DNA of 64,000 nt from NCBI GenBank assembly GCA_963833985.1, contig CAWIAD010000002.1, positions 1,088,001 to 1,152,000 of the forward strand. Reading direction: 5' to 3'. Source of the stretch: an uncultured Planctomycetaceae bacterium. GTDB taxonomy: Bacteria > Planctomycetota > Planctomycetia > Isosphaerales > Isosphaeraceae. Made by a program: the position numbers and the translations under genes. The notes beneath the pieces were generated by a model. It made no database searches and was not told the origin of the DNA. It saw only the letters and a program-made list of their open reading frames with translations. Below, in pieces: positions 22,967 through 33,247 of this stretch; the first letter of the stretch is position 1; each line of letters starts with the position of its first letter.

Positions 22967-23647
22967 TCACCGGCTCGTCCGGCCGACCCGGCTGGCCCTG
23001 CGCCTCGCGCCGAACCAGTACAGTGCGGCCGGCACGCCCATGCCGATCAGAATCGCCGAGGAGGGCTCGGGGACCGCCGAGTTGACTTGAAGGATTTCAG
23101 GCCCGTAAGAGAGTGGATACGTGGTCCAGCTCGACCCGTTGTTCTGGCTCCTCGCGATCATGTTCAGCGAGCCCGACCCCGTGTAGCTTGTGCTATCGGT
23201 ATATCCCCATCGGAAGAACGCGGAGGTGTCCGTCCCGCTTGCCGAAAGGATGAACCAGTAGCTGGTATTCGCACTGAGCAGCACGTTCGAGCTGGGCATG
23301 AAGACCTCGTCGTGATACGTCGATCCGGTGGGAATCGTGGGAATGGTGAAGGTGGTCAGCACGGTGCTGCCCGGCTGGCCGCCGTTGTCTGCCACCAGCT
23401 CCGCGGAGGCGGTGAACGTCCCGGTCGCATCGCCCACCAGGGCGACGACGGTCCCCAGCTCCACGCCCTGGTTCCCCGTGATGAACTCCTGGGCGTACTC
23501 CTGGGGCGGCCCGGCAGCATAGATCGTGCTGTGCCCGTTCATGGTCTCACTGAGATTGCTGATGATGGTCTCGGCACGCGACGGCACCGAACCGGCAATC
23601 AGCGCAACCGCGAACGCGCACACGAGGTTCATCTGCATGTTCCGCAT
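22967..23647 (-). CDS. PEP-CTERM sorting-domain surface protein
   Basis: AGGAGG RBS; signal peptide; Ser/Thr-rich body; VPEPSS + TM + RRR tail. Confidence 0.9.
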   Translation of the reverse strand: MRNMQMNLVCAFAVALIAGSVPSRAETIISNLSETMNGHSTIYAAGPPQEYAQEFITGNQGVELGTVVALVGDATGTFTASAELVADNGGQPGSTVLTTFTIPTIPTGSTYHDEVFMPSSNVLLSANTSYWFILSASGTDTSAFFRWGYTDSTSYTGSGSLNMIARSQNNGSSWTTYPLSYGPEILQVNSAVPEPSSAILIGMGVPAALYWFGARRRASRVGRTSR

Positions 23648-24232
23648 GATATCCTCCTGGTGTTCGAGTCTCTCGATCTTCGCGGTAAGCCGTCCAATCG
23701 CCCGTGGAACTCCGAAGCTTGCCGCAAGCCGCTACAATCTACGCGAGACCCGTTCGATCCCTGTGAACCTCGAATGTAAAGAAGATTAAGAATTGAGAAC
23801 GTTGTCTAATCTCGACGAGCCCATCGGAACCTTGCGAAAAAACAAGGCGAACCCACATGCCCCTCGCCTGGAAGGCTCCCGCGGACGCTCCTGATGCCGA
23901 GACCTGCGCGAAGCCTTGATCTCGTCCCCGGTCCGTCCAGGTCAGGATCACGAGCTTGGGACCATCATGACGAAGATTCGCTGCGTACGCATTCACAGCC
24001 GTTGATACTGATTAAAGCCCTTCTCCACGGTGCCGGCCGGCGCCAGCCCGGCTTGCAAGTCCTGTCTGCGGTTCCGCATGAAGCTGCAAGATGCGACCCT
24101 TGCCTGATTGACTCGGTTTGCTGGCGTCGCATACAACTGCACGTTTGAACGGTCGCTGCCAGCGCCTGGAGCCTGTTCGAGCGATCGACCCGGACGGGTC
24201 CTGTCCACAGCGTCCTTGTTGGGAACCACGCC

Positions 24233-27200
24233 ATGCCCATGCCCATGCCATCCAGTCACAAACCGTTTGTGGGGCTTGCCGCTTGCGGTCTGATAGCCAT
24301 CCTGCTCGGGTGGCCGCTTGTGCCGGCCTGCGCGGGGGAGTTCAAGCTGGGCGAGCGCACGCTCAGGGTGCCGGCGGGGTTCACGGTGGAGCTGGTGGCG
24401 GGGCCGCCGCTGGCGGATCGGCCGATCACGGCAGACTTCGACGAGGAAGGCCGGCTCTACGTCGCCGATTCGTCGGGCTCGAACGACAACGTCCAGAAGC
24501 AGCTTGCCGAACGGCCGCACCGGATCCTCCGGCTCGAGGACCGAGACGGCGACGGCACGTACGAGATCCGCACCATCTTCGCCGATCACATGATGTTTCC
24601 CGAAGGCACGATGTGGCACGATGGCTCGCTTTACGTCTCGGCGCCGCCGAGCATCTGGAAGCTCACCGATACCAACGGCGACGGCGTGGCCGACCAGCGC
24701 GTCGAATGGTTCCAGGGCAAGACCCTCACTGGCTGCGCCAACGACCTGCACGGGCCCTATCTCGGGCCCGACGGCTGGATCTACTGGTGCAAGGGTGCGT
24801 TCGGCCGTCAGACCTACGAACGCCCGGGCAAGCCGCCGTTCGTCACCCGCGCGGCGCACATCTTCCGCTGCAAGCCCGACGGCTCGAACATCGAGCCGGT
24901 CATGACGGGCGGGATGGACAACCCGGTGGACGTCGCCTTCACGCCGGGTGGCGAACGGATCCTCACCTGCACCTTCTTCCAGCACCCCGGGGGCGGCAAG
25001 CGCGACGGGCTCATCCACGCCATCTACGGCGGCATCTACGGCAAGGTGCACGCGCCCATCTTCGAGCCGGCACACCAGTGGACCGGCCCCGAGGTCATGC
25101 CCGTGCTGCTGAACATGGGCCCGGCCGCGCCCTGCGGCCTGACGCGCTACGAGTCGGCGGCGTTCGGCCCGGAATACCGCGACAACCTGTTTGCCTGCTA
25201 CTTCAACCTGCACAAGGTGGGCCGGCATGTGCTGACGCCGGCCGGTGCCTCGTTCACGGCGGCCGACGAGGACTTCGTGACCAGCCGGGACCTCGATTTC
25301 CATCCCACCGATGTGCTCGAGGACGCCGACGGCAGCCTGGTGGTGGTGGATACCGGCGGCTGGTACAAGCTCTGCTGCCCGAGCTCGCAGCTTCAGAAGC
25401 CCGATGTCCTGGGCGGCGTGTACCGCATTCGCAAGCAGGGAGCCGCCCGCATCGACGACCCGCGCGGGCTCAAGCTGTCCTGGAACACGATGACCCCGCC
25501 CGAGCTGGCGCGCCTGCTCGATGACCCGCGACCGGCCGTCCAGCATCGGGCCATGGCCACCCTGGCCCGGCGCAGTGAAGGGGCAATCGCCGTTCTGGCC
25601 CGCCAGGTCGCCGCGGAGCAATCGGTCACGGCGCGGAGGAACGCGATCTGGACCGCGGCGCGGATCGACCGGCCGACCGCGCACCTGGTCATCGCCGCAG
25701 GGCTGATCGATCCCGACGAGACCGTCCGCCAGGCCGCCTGTCATGTCGGGGCCCTGCGGCGCGATGCCGGCAGCGTGCCGTCCCTGGTGCGGCTCCTGAG
25801 CAATGCTTCGCTTCAGAACCGCCGCGCCGCGGCCGAGGCGCTGGGGCGTATCGCAGACCGCTCCGCCGTGCCCGGGCTGCTGAACGCCCTGACCGCGCTT
25901 TCCGCGCCCGACCGCGTGCTCGAGCACTCGCTCACCTACGCCCTGATCGAGATCGGCGATCCGGCAGCCACGGCGATGGGCCTCAAGAACGGCAACCTCC
26001 GCACGCGCCGCGCGGCACTGATCGCGCTCGACCAGATGGAGGGCGGCCGCCTCGACCCGGCAGCCACCGCGGCACTGCTGTCGAGTCCCGATCGGGAACT
26101 GAAGGAGGCGGCCTCATGGATCGTCGGCCGTCATCCCGAGTGGGCCGGCACCCTGGCCGGATTCTTCCGCGAGCGGTTGTTCAACGGCGCGCTGGCGGCC
26201 GGCGACCGGGCCGAGCTCGAGCGGCAGCTCGCCCGGTTTGCGTCCGCGTCCGAGATCCAGACGCTCCTGGCCGGGCCGCTGGCCAACGCAGGGGCGCCCG
26301 TCGAGGTCAAGCTCAGCAGCCTGAAGGCCATGACGGCTTCCGGGCTGAAAAACGTGCCCGCGCCGTGGGTCGAAGGGCTCGCCCAGGTGCTGGCCGGGGA
26401 CAACGCCGAGCTCAAAGCACAGGCCATTGCGGCGGTGCGTGCCTTGCCGCTGGCCGGGAAGAGCGCGAATGCGGTCAAGCCGCGTCTGCTCGCCCTGGCG
26501 CGCCGGGCCGAGGCACCGGCGAGCTTCCGCCTGGCCGCGCTGGCTGCGGTCCCCGGCGGCCTGGATCGGGTCGATCCTTCCCTGTTCTCGTTCCTGCTGG
26601 GGCAGCTTGACCCCGCGCAGCCGGCGAGCGCCCGTTCCGCGGCCGCCGATGTGCTGGCGCACGCCCGGCTGGACCGGGCACAGCTCGACGCCCTGGCCGA
26701 CGTGCTCGCTCATGCCGGGCCGCTGGAGGCCGATCGCCTGCTCTCGGCGTTCGAACAATCCAGCGACGAGGCCCTGGGCCGGAGACTGGTCGAGCGCCTG
26801 GGTGCATCGCCGGCGCTGACCAGCCTGCGGATCGACGCGCTGAAGCAGCACCTGGCGAAGTTTGGTGCGCCGGTGCAGACGGCCGCGCAGGCTCTGTACT
26901 CGCGGATCAATGCCGATGCCGCCCGCCAGACGGCGCGGATCGACGAGCTGGTCACGAGGATCGTCGGCGGTGACGCCCGGCGCGGGCAGCTCGTCTTCCA
27001 CAGTGAGAAGGCCGCCTGCTTCACGTGCCACGCCATTGGCTACCGGGGCGGGAACGTGGGCCCCGATCTGACGAAGGTCGGCCAGGTGCGCTCCGAGCGA
27101 GACCTGCTGGAGGCCATCGTCTATCCCAGCGCCAGCCTGATCCGCAGCTTCGAGCCGGTGCTCGTGGCCACGGCGGACGGAAAGGTGACCAACGGCCTGC

Positions 27201-27385
27201 TGCGCAGCGAGAGTTCCGACGAGATCGTGCTGGCGACCGGTGCCAACCAGGAGGCACGGATCCGCCGCGCTGACATCGAGGAGATCCGCCCCAGCAGCGT
27301 CTCGGTCATGCCCGCCGGGCTGGACCAGCAGCTCAGCGCGCAGGAGCTGGCCGACCTGGTGGCGTTTCTCAAGGCCTGCCGCTGA
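24233..27385 (+). CDS. PVC-type heme-binding CxxCH protein (dehydrogenase-like beta-propeller, HEAT repeats, cytochrome c)
   Basis: FTVELVAGPP, DxDGDG repeats, GPDGWIY; C-terminal CFTCH...GPDLT...SVMPAGL. Confidence 0.9.
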   Translation: MPMPMPSSHKPFVGLAACGLIAILLGWPLVPACAGEFKLGERTLRVPAGFTVELVAGPPLADRPITADFDEEGRLYVADSSGSNDNVQKQLAERPHRILRLEDRDGDGTYEIRTIFADHMMFPEGTMWHDGSLYVSAPPSIWKLTDTNGDGVADQRVEWFQGKTLTGCANDLHGPYLGPDGWIYWCKGAFGRQTYERPGKPPFVTRAAHIFRCKPDGSNIEPVMTGGMDNPVDVAFTPGGERILTCTFFQHPGGGKRDGLIHAIYGGIYGKVHAPIFEPAHQWTGPEVMPVLLNMGPAAPCGLTRYESAAFGPEYRDNLFACYFNLHKVGRHVLTPAGASFTAADEDFVTSRDLDFHPTDVLEDADGSLVVVDTGGWYKLCCPSSQLQKPDVLGGVYRIRKQGAARIDDPRGLKLSWNTMTPPELARLLDDPRPAVQHRAMATLARRSEGAIAVLARQVAAEQSVTARRNAIWTAARIDRPTAHLVIAAGLIDPDETVRQAACHVGALRRDAGSVPSLVRLLSNASLQNRRAAAEALGRIADRSAVPGLLNALTALSAPDRVLEHSLTYALIEIGDPAATAMGLKNGNLRTRRAALIALDQMEGGRLDPAATAALLSSPDRELKEAASWIVGRHPEWAGTLAGFFRERLFNGALAAGDRAELERQLARFASASEIQTLLAGPLANAGAPVEVKLSSLKAMTASGLKNVPAPWVEGLAQVLAGDNAELKAQAIAAVRALPLAGKSANAVKPRLLALARRAEAPASFRLAALAAVPGGLDRVDPSLFSFLLGQLDPAQPASARSAAADVLAHARLDRAQLDALADVLAHAGPLEADRLLSAFEQSSDEALGRRLVERLGASPALTSLRIDALKQHLAKFGAPVQTAAQALYSRINADAARQTARIDELVTRIVGGDARRGQLVFHSEKAACFTCHAIGYRGGNVGPDLTKVGQVRSERDLLEAIVYPSASLIRSFEPVLVATADGKVTNGLLRSESSDEIVLATGANQEARIRRADIEEIRPSSVSVMPAGLDQQLSAQELADLVAFLKACR

Positions 27386-27408
27386 AACCGTGCGAGACGA
27401 GGCCCACC

Positions 27409-28308
27409 ATGCCGCTGAAGCTGGCTGCCTTTCCGAAGTGCTTTATCGACCAGATCGCCGGCGAGCGGTCGATGTCGGTCTTCGACTGGATCCACATGGC
27501 CCGGGCGCTCGACGCCGACGGCCTGGAGATGTACGACGGCTTCTTCACGGGCCTGGACGACGCGTACATCGACCGCGTGGGCGAGGCGATTCACGCAGCC
27601 GGCTTTGCGATGCCCATGCTCTGCTGCTCGCCCGATTTCACGAACCCCAGCGCCGACGGCCGCAAGCGGGCCATCGACCGCGAGGTGGAGCTGATCCGCG
27701 CGACCCGGCGGCTGGGCGGGCCGCGCTCGGTATGCCGCGTGCTCTCCGGCCAGCGCTATCCCGAGGTCAGCCGCGAGCAAGGGCTGGCCTGGGTGGTCGA
27801 GTGCCTCACGGCCGTGCTACCCGCCGCGCGTGAGCTGGACATCGTGCTGGGCCTGGAGAACCACTACAAGGACGGCTTCTGGAAGTATCCCGAGTTCGCC
27901 CAGAAGCAGGACGTCTTCCTGGAGCTGCTGGCGGCCATTCCCGAGCGGACGCACTTCGGCGTGCAGTACGATCCGTCAAACGCCATCGTGGCCGGCGACG
28001 ACCCGGTTGCGCTGTTGCGGGCCGTGGCCGATCGGGTCGTGAGCATGCACGCCAGCGACCGCTACCTGGCCGAGGGCACGTCGCTCGACGACCTGCGCCA
28101 GAGCGACGGCACGCTGGGGTACTCGGCGAACCTCCGGCACGGCGTGACCGGACGCGGACTGAACGATTATGACGCCATCTTCCGCATCCTGGCAGAGCAT
28201 AAGTACCGCGGCTGGGTGAGCATCGAGGACGGGATGAACGGCATGGACGAGATGGCCGAATCGCTGGCGTTCCTGAGGCGCATGAGCGCGCAGTACTTTC
28301 CGGACTAA
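27409..28308 (+). CDS. sugar phosphate isomerase/epimerase (TIM-barrel, AP endonuclease 2 family)
   Basis: LENH, YDPSN, MHASD, VSIED metal-ligand pattern. Confidence 0.85.
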   Translation: MPLKLAAFPKCFIDQIAGERSMSVFDWIHMARALDADGLEMYDGFFTGLDDAYIDRVGEAIHAAGFAMPMLCCSPDFTNPSADGRKRAIDREVELIRATRRLGGPRSVCRVLSGQRYPEVSREQGLAWVVECLTAVLPAARELDIVLGLENHYKDGFWKYPEFAQKQDVFLELLAAIPERTHFGVQYDPSNAIVAGDDPVALLRAVADRVVSMHASDRYLAEGTSLDDLRQSDGTLGYSANLRHGVTGRGLNDYDAIFRILAEHKYRGWVSIEDGMNGMDEMAESLAFLRRMSAQYFPD

Positions 28309-28317
28309 GGTGGCGGT

Positions 28318-29430
28318 ATGAACCGCGTGCGGACCGCCGTGATCGGTTGCGGCAAGATCGGCCAGACCCAGGCCGAGGCGCTGCGCCTCTTACCCGAGTC
28401 GGAGTTCGTGGCGGTCTGCGACAGCGACCGGCGCAGGGCCGAGGCCTTCGCCGCACGTCATGAGGCCGCTCCGTACACCGATGTTCCGGAGATGATCCGC
28501 ACCAGCGCGGTGGAGGCGGTCTGCATCTGCACGCCGCATCCGGCCCACGCCGGTCCGGCCGTTGCGGCGGCGCGTGCGGGGGCCCACGTCCTGGTCGAGA
28601 AGCCGCTGGCGGCCAGCCTGGACGATTGCGACGCGATCCTCGCCGCGGCGCGGGAGAACGGGGTCTTGCTGGGGGTCATCAGCCAGCGCCGCTGGTATGA
28701 GCCGGTCCGCAGGATGCAGGCCGCCATTGCTGCCGGCAAGATCGGCCGGCCCGTGCTGGGCGGGTTCACGATGTATAGCTGGCGCGATGAGGCCTATTAC
28801 CGGTCCGACCCATGGCGCGGCCGCTGGGATACGGAAGGTGGCGGCGTGCTCATCAACCAGTCGCCCCACATGATCGACCTGCTCTTGTGGCTGATGGACG
28901 ACCATGTGACCGAGGTGAGCGGTTACTGGGCGAACCTGAACCATCCCTACGTCGAGGTGGAAGACACCGCGGTGGCCATCCTGCGGTTCGCGCGCGGCGG
29001 GCTGGGCTCGATTGTGACCAGCCTGTCGCAGCGTCCTGGCATTCATACCAAGGTTCATATTCACGGGTCGAACGGCAGTTCGGTGGGTGTCGAGACCGAC
29101 CGCGGCGCGACGTTCATCGCGGGCATGAGCACCATTGCCGAGCCCCCGCTCAACGACCTCTGGACGATCCCCGGCGAGGAGCGGCTGCTGGAGCAGTTCC
29201 AGGCCGAGGATCGCGCCCGGTTTGCCGGGCTCGACCCGGTCACGCACTACCACGCCTTGCAGATCGCGGACTTTCTTCAGGCGATCCGGCACGGCCGGGC
29301 CCCTGCCGTGGGCGGCGAGGACGGGCGTGCGGTGGTGGCGGTCATCGAGGCGATCTATCGCTCGAACCGGGAGCAGGGCCCGATCCGGCCCGGCGGCCGG
29401 CCATCCCCGGGCGTCCCGAGCGTTCAGTAG
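28318..29430 (+). CDS. Gfo/Idh/MocA family oxidoreductase
   Basis: IGCGKIG, HVLVEKP, GGGVLINQSPHMID. Confidence 0.92.
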   Translation: MNRVRTAVIGCGKIGQTQAEALRLLPESEFVAVCDSDRRRAEAFAARHEAAPYTDVPEMIRTSAVEAVCICTPHPAHAGPAVAAARAGAHVLVEKPLAASLDDCDAILAAARENGVLLGVISQRRWYEPVRRMQAAIAAGKIGRPVLGGFTMYSWRDEAYYRSDPWRGRWDTEGGGVLINQSPHMIDLLLWLMDDHVTEVSGYWANLNHPYVEVEDTAVAILRFARGGLGSIVTSLSQRPGIHTKVHIHGSNGSSVGVETDRGATFIAGMSTIAEPPLNDLWTIPGEERLLEQFQAEDRARFAGLDPVTHYHALQIADFLQAIRHGRAPAVGGEDGRAVVAVIEAIYRSNREQGPIRPGGRPSPGVPSVQ

Positions 29431-29972
29431 GGCACCTTGTCCGGGAGGCTGGCGTACTCCTTCCAGACCTGGAGCGCCTCGTCGCGCAGAAGCTGCACCT
29501 GGGGCAGGTCGCGGAGGCCGGCGGGCTGCTTGAGCTGGTCGTAAAGGTACCGGTCGTCGAAGCCGCCATAGGCCCTGGCGTCGTCCACGGTGGCCGCGTA
29601 CACGATGCCGTCCAGCCCTGCCCAGTAAGCGGCCGCCAGGCACATCGGGCAGGGCGCGGACGAGGTGTAGAGGATGCAGCCATCAAGCTTGAACACGCGC
29701 AGGAATGAGCAAGCGTTGCGGATGGCCTCCATCTCGGCGTGCCAGGTGGGGTCGAACCGGGAGACCACCTGGTTGGAGCCCTTCCCCACGATATGGCCGT
29801 TGCGGTCCGCGATGACGGCACCGAAAGGCCCTCCGTTGCGTGCCACGATGCCGGCTTCCCGTCCCGCGGCGATCGCGGTGCGCAGCAGGTCCTGCTGCCT
29901 GGCCAGTGCGTCGCGTGCCTGCCCGTCCTGCCCGGTCGGCCAGGAGTTCCGGAAAGCCGGAGAAAATACCAT
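29424..29972 (-). CDS. CDA-fold nucleoside/guanine deaminase
   Basis: GGPFGAVI, DPTWHAE, PCPMC zinc motif; purine-rich RBS upstream of ATG 29972. Confidence 0.88.
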   Translation of the reverse strand: MVFSPAFRNSWPTGQDGQARDALARQQDLLRTAIAAGREAGIVARNGGPFGAVIADRNGHIVGKGSNQVVSRFDPTWHAEMEAIRNACSFLRVFKLDGCILYTSSAPCPMCLAAAYWAGLDGIVYAATVDDARAYGGFDDRYLYDQLKQPAGLRDLPQVQLLRDEALQVWKEYASLPDKVPY

Positions 29973-30425
29973 GACCCGGTTTGCCTTCCCTTTCATCTCA
30001 GAGAACTGCACCACGATTCCGGTCAAGCCGTGCCGCAAGTCGAGATATAGCAAACACCAGGCCATTTTCTTGCCGCCCGGGAGACACAACGCGCTTGTCC
30101 GAAACCGGCGTTCGACATACCATGTGCTAAGAATCCTTGAAGAATTGGTCCCTGATTCCATGAAGGACGCCGGTCCTTCGGAGCGGCGTTTGCGTGGGAG
30201 CCTCGTAGCGGTCCAGCCGGGTCGGGTGCTACACCGGCACCTGTGCCGTCGACGAAGCGGCAAGCCGGATGATCTGGAGCGCCGGGCAGTGTGCAAGCCG
30301 GCTGAAGCCGCGAGGCCGACGCATTGACGAACATTGGTGAGCAAGCCAGTCAAAAAACCGAGGTTGAAGTGATCAGAGAGCAGCCCCTCGAACAGCCATT
30401 CAAGGTGGGTAAGTTTGACCTGGGC

Positions 30426-31640
30426 ATGTCCGCGCGGTGGCTGGAAGCGCGGGTCCGGCATCCGGTTCGGCGTGGAGCGCTGAGCCCCCGCGAGTCGGCT
30501 CTGACCGAGCGCCTCAAGCGTCTCAAGCGCGAGGCCGGCTCGCACTCGCCGAGCGCTCCCACTCTGGCCAGGATGATTCCTGAGCTCCGGCTGCGGGTCG
30601 ACGCCTGTTTTCTGTCCAATCCTTACGCCACCGACCTGTTCCTGGAATACCTGAATCGCGAGGTCATCCGCACCGGCAAGCTGCGCCGGCTCCTGGAATT
30701 CTACCCGTCGCAGAACCGCGTGATCGCGTCGAAGCTGAGCACCGCGGTGGGGGTGCCCGCCAGCGACCTCTTCGTGGGCAACGGGGCCGTCGAGATCATC
30801 CAGGCGATCCTCCACCGCTTCACCCGGGACAAGATACTGGTCAACCTGCCCACATTTTCACCCTATCATGAGTTTGTGCGTCCGGACACCCGGGTCGTAT
30901 ACAATGTGCTGGACAGGGACGCGGACTTCCGGCTGGATCCCAGGAAGTACCTGGAGTGCGTCCGCCGGGAGAAGCCCGACACCGTGGTGCTGATCAACCC
31001 CAACAACCCGGACGGCGGGTATATCCCTTATGCCACGCTCGTGAGCATGCTGGAAGAGCTGCGCTCGGTGCCGAACGTGATCCTCGACGAGAGCTTCATT
31101 CACTTCGCTTGCGAGGGAGACGATTACGCCTACCGCAGCATGAGCGGCGAGGTTGATCGCTTCCGGAACCTGATGGTCGTCAAGAGCATGTCGAAGGACT
31201 TCGGCATTGCGGGCATCCGCGCCGGCTATGCCGTGATGGCACCCCAGCGCGTGCAGGCGCTCCTGGAGAACGGTTACCTCTGGAACTCGTCGGGCCTGGC
31301 GGAATACTTTTTCGACCTCTACTCCAGGCCTGAATTCCACGTGGAGTACGAGCGCAAACGCGTCCATTACATCCGCCACTCGCGGCGGTTCTTCAAGGCC
31401 CTGTCGCTGATGCCGGGCCTGCACGCCTATCCGACCTCGGCCAACTTCGTGCTCATCGAGCTGTGCAACGGCATGACGGCCGAGGAGCTGGTCTGCCGCC
31501 TGCTGGTGCGCAGGGGCATCTACACCCGGACCTGCGACGACAAGAAGGGCCTCGAGCCCGGCAAGTTCATCCGCGTCGCCTCGCGCTGCCGGTCCGAGAA
31601 CCGGTTCGTGCTCCGTGCTTTCCGCGATATTCTAAGGTAA
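30426..31640 (+). CDS. PLP-dependent class I/II aminotransferase (HisC/CobD-like)
   Basis: GNGAVE, NPNNPDG, LDESF, KSMSKDFGIAGIRAGY, ANFVL; start uncertain (30324-30426). Confidence 0.88.
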   Translation: MSARWLEARVRHPVRRGALSPRESALTERLKRLKREAGSHSPSAPTLARMIPELRLRVDACFLSNPYATDLFLEYLNREVIRTGKLRRLLEFYPSQNRVIASKLSTAVGVPASDLFVGNGAVEIIQAILHRFTRDKILVNLPTFSPYHEFVRPDTRVVYNVLDRDADFRLDPRKYLECVRREKPDTVVLINPNNPDGGYIPYATLVSMLEELRSVPNVILDESFIHFACEGDDYAYRSMSGEVDRFRNLMVVKSMSKDFGIAGIRAGYAVMAPQRVQALLENGYLWNSSGLAEYFFDLYSRPEFHVEYERKRVHYIRHSRRFFKALSLMPGLHAYPTSANFVLIELCNGMTAEELVCRLLVRRGIYTRTCDDKKGLEPGKFIRVASRCRSENRFVLRAFRDILR

Positions 31641-31747
31641 ACAAACCTAAATAAAATAGCTCGGGCGCTTCGCCAGCAACATGTCCCGGTCCCGGTGGTC
31701 ATGGCCCCTCGGGCCTCGGCGACGTCCTCGCTCCGCTCCGTCAGGCT

Positions 31748-33217
31748 TCAGGCCAGCAGTTCCTTGACCACGCGGGCCGGCTCGACGCCGGTGAGGCGCT
31801 GGTCCAGTCCCTGGTAGCGGTACGTGAAGCGATGATGATCGAAGCCGAGCAGTTGCAGCACGGTGGCGTGGAAGTCGCGGATGTGCACGGGATCTTTGGT
31901 GATGTTGTATGAGAACTCGTCGGTCTCACCGTAGATCGTGCCGCCCCTGGCGCCCCCGCCGGCCATCCACATGGTGAAGCAGCGCGGGTGATGGTCGCGG
32001 CCGTAATTGTCGTGCGACAGGCCGCCCTGCGAGTAGATCGTCCGGCCGAACTCGCCGCCCCAGATGACCAGGGTCTGGTCGAGTAGCCCGCGAGACTTGA
32101 GGTCCTGGATCAGCCCCCAGCAGGGCTGGTCCACGTCCTTGCACTGGAAGGGCATTCGCCCCGAGACGTTGGAATGATGGTCCCAGTTGTTGTGGTAGAT
32201 CTGGACGAAGCGCACCCCGCGCTCGACCATCCTCCGCGCCAGCAGTGCGGAGTGGGCGAAGCAGCCCGGTTTCCTGGCCTCCTCGCCGTAGAGCCGGTAG
32301 GTGGAAGGCGGCTCGCCAGCGGTGTCGGTGAGCTCGGGCACGCTCGACTGCATCCGGAAGGCAAGCTCGTATTGCTCGATGCGGGTATGCGTCTCGGGGT
32401 CGCCCACCTGCTTGTAGTTCAGCTCGTTGAGCGCACGCAGGCCGTCGAGCGTGTTGCGCCGGACCTCGGCGGGCACGCCGGGGGGGTTGTTGATGTAGAG
32501 GATCGGGTCGCCGCCACTGCGGAACGAGCAGCCCGCGTGCTCGCCTGGTAGGTAGCCCGAAGACCACAACCGCGCCGAGATCGCCTGGATCTGCTCGGTA
32601 TTGGTGGGCTTGGCCACGAGCACGACGAACGTCGGCAGGTTGTCGTTGAGCGATCCCAGGCCATAGGAGGTCCAGGCGCCCAGGCAGGGGCGGCCGGTGA
32701 TCTGGTTGCCCGTCTGCATGTAGCTGATGGCCGGCTCGTGGTTGATCGCCTCGGTGTGCATGCTGCGGATGAAGCACATCTCGTCGACCATCTGCGCCGT
32801 GTGCGGGAGCATCTCGCTCACCCACATGCCGCAGTCGCCGTGCCGCGCGAACTTGTACTTCGAGGGGGCGATGGGGAACCGCTTCTGGCCGGAGGTCATC
32901 GTGGTCAGGCGCTGGCCCATGCGAACCGAGTCCGGCAGGTCCTTGTCGAACCAGCCGTTCATCTGCGGCTTGTAGTCGTAGAGGTCCATCTGCGACGGGC
33001 CGCCCACCATGTGCAGGTAGATGACGTGCTTGGCCCTGGGCGGGAAATGGGTCTTGCCCGGTTTGAGGGAGCTGTCGAGCTCTCCAGCCGCCACGGCGGG
33101 CGCCAGGCCCTCGCGGCCAAGCAGCGCGGCCAGGGCGCCCCAGCCCACGGCGCTGGCGCCGCGGCTGAAGAACTGGCGGCGTGTTTCCAGGCGAATATAT
33201 TCATGAAACGGGTTCAT
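31748..33217 (-). CDS. DUF1501 family protein (Tat-like signal)
   Basis: TRRQFF, GGPSQMDLYDYKP, ARRMVERGVRFVQ, GGEFGRT, GRDHHP. Confidence 0.92.
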   Translation of the reverse strand: MNPFHEYIRLETRRQFFSRGASAVGWGALAALLGREGLAPAVAAGELDSSLKPGKTHFPPRAKHVIYLHMVGGPSQMDLYDYKPQMNGWFDKDLPDSVRMGQRLTTMTSGQKRFPIAPSKYKFARHGDCGMWVSEMLPHTAQMVDEMCFIRSMHTEAINHEPAISYMQTGNQITGRPCLGAWTSYGLGSLNDNLPTFVVLVAKPTNTEQIQAISARLWSSGYLPGEHAGCSFRSGGDPILYINNPPGVPAEVRRNTLDGLRALNELNYKQVGDPETHTRIEQYELAFRMQSSVPELTDTAGEPPSTYRLYGEEARKPGCFAHSALLARRMVERGVRFVQIYHNNWDHHSNVSGRMPFQCKDVDQPCWGLIQDLKSRGLLDQTLVIWGGEFGRTIYSQGGLSHDNYGRDHHPRCFTMWMAGGGARGGTIYGETDEFSYNITKDPVHIRDFHATVLQLLGFDHHRFTYRYQGLDQRLTGVEPARVVKELLA

Positions 33218-33247
33218 TGGCGGGTCTCGCTCGGGTCCGGCGTGCGC

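Noticed and set aside
22736..23779. 347-aa ORF as a full gene
   Set aside because: Beyond the first ~40 codons it is mostly the antisense of the PEP-CTERM gene.
29973..30815. Long N-terminal extension on the deaminase (463-aa ORF)
   Set aside because: It overlaps the divergent aminotransferase; a plausible RBS and ATG lie at 29972.
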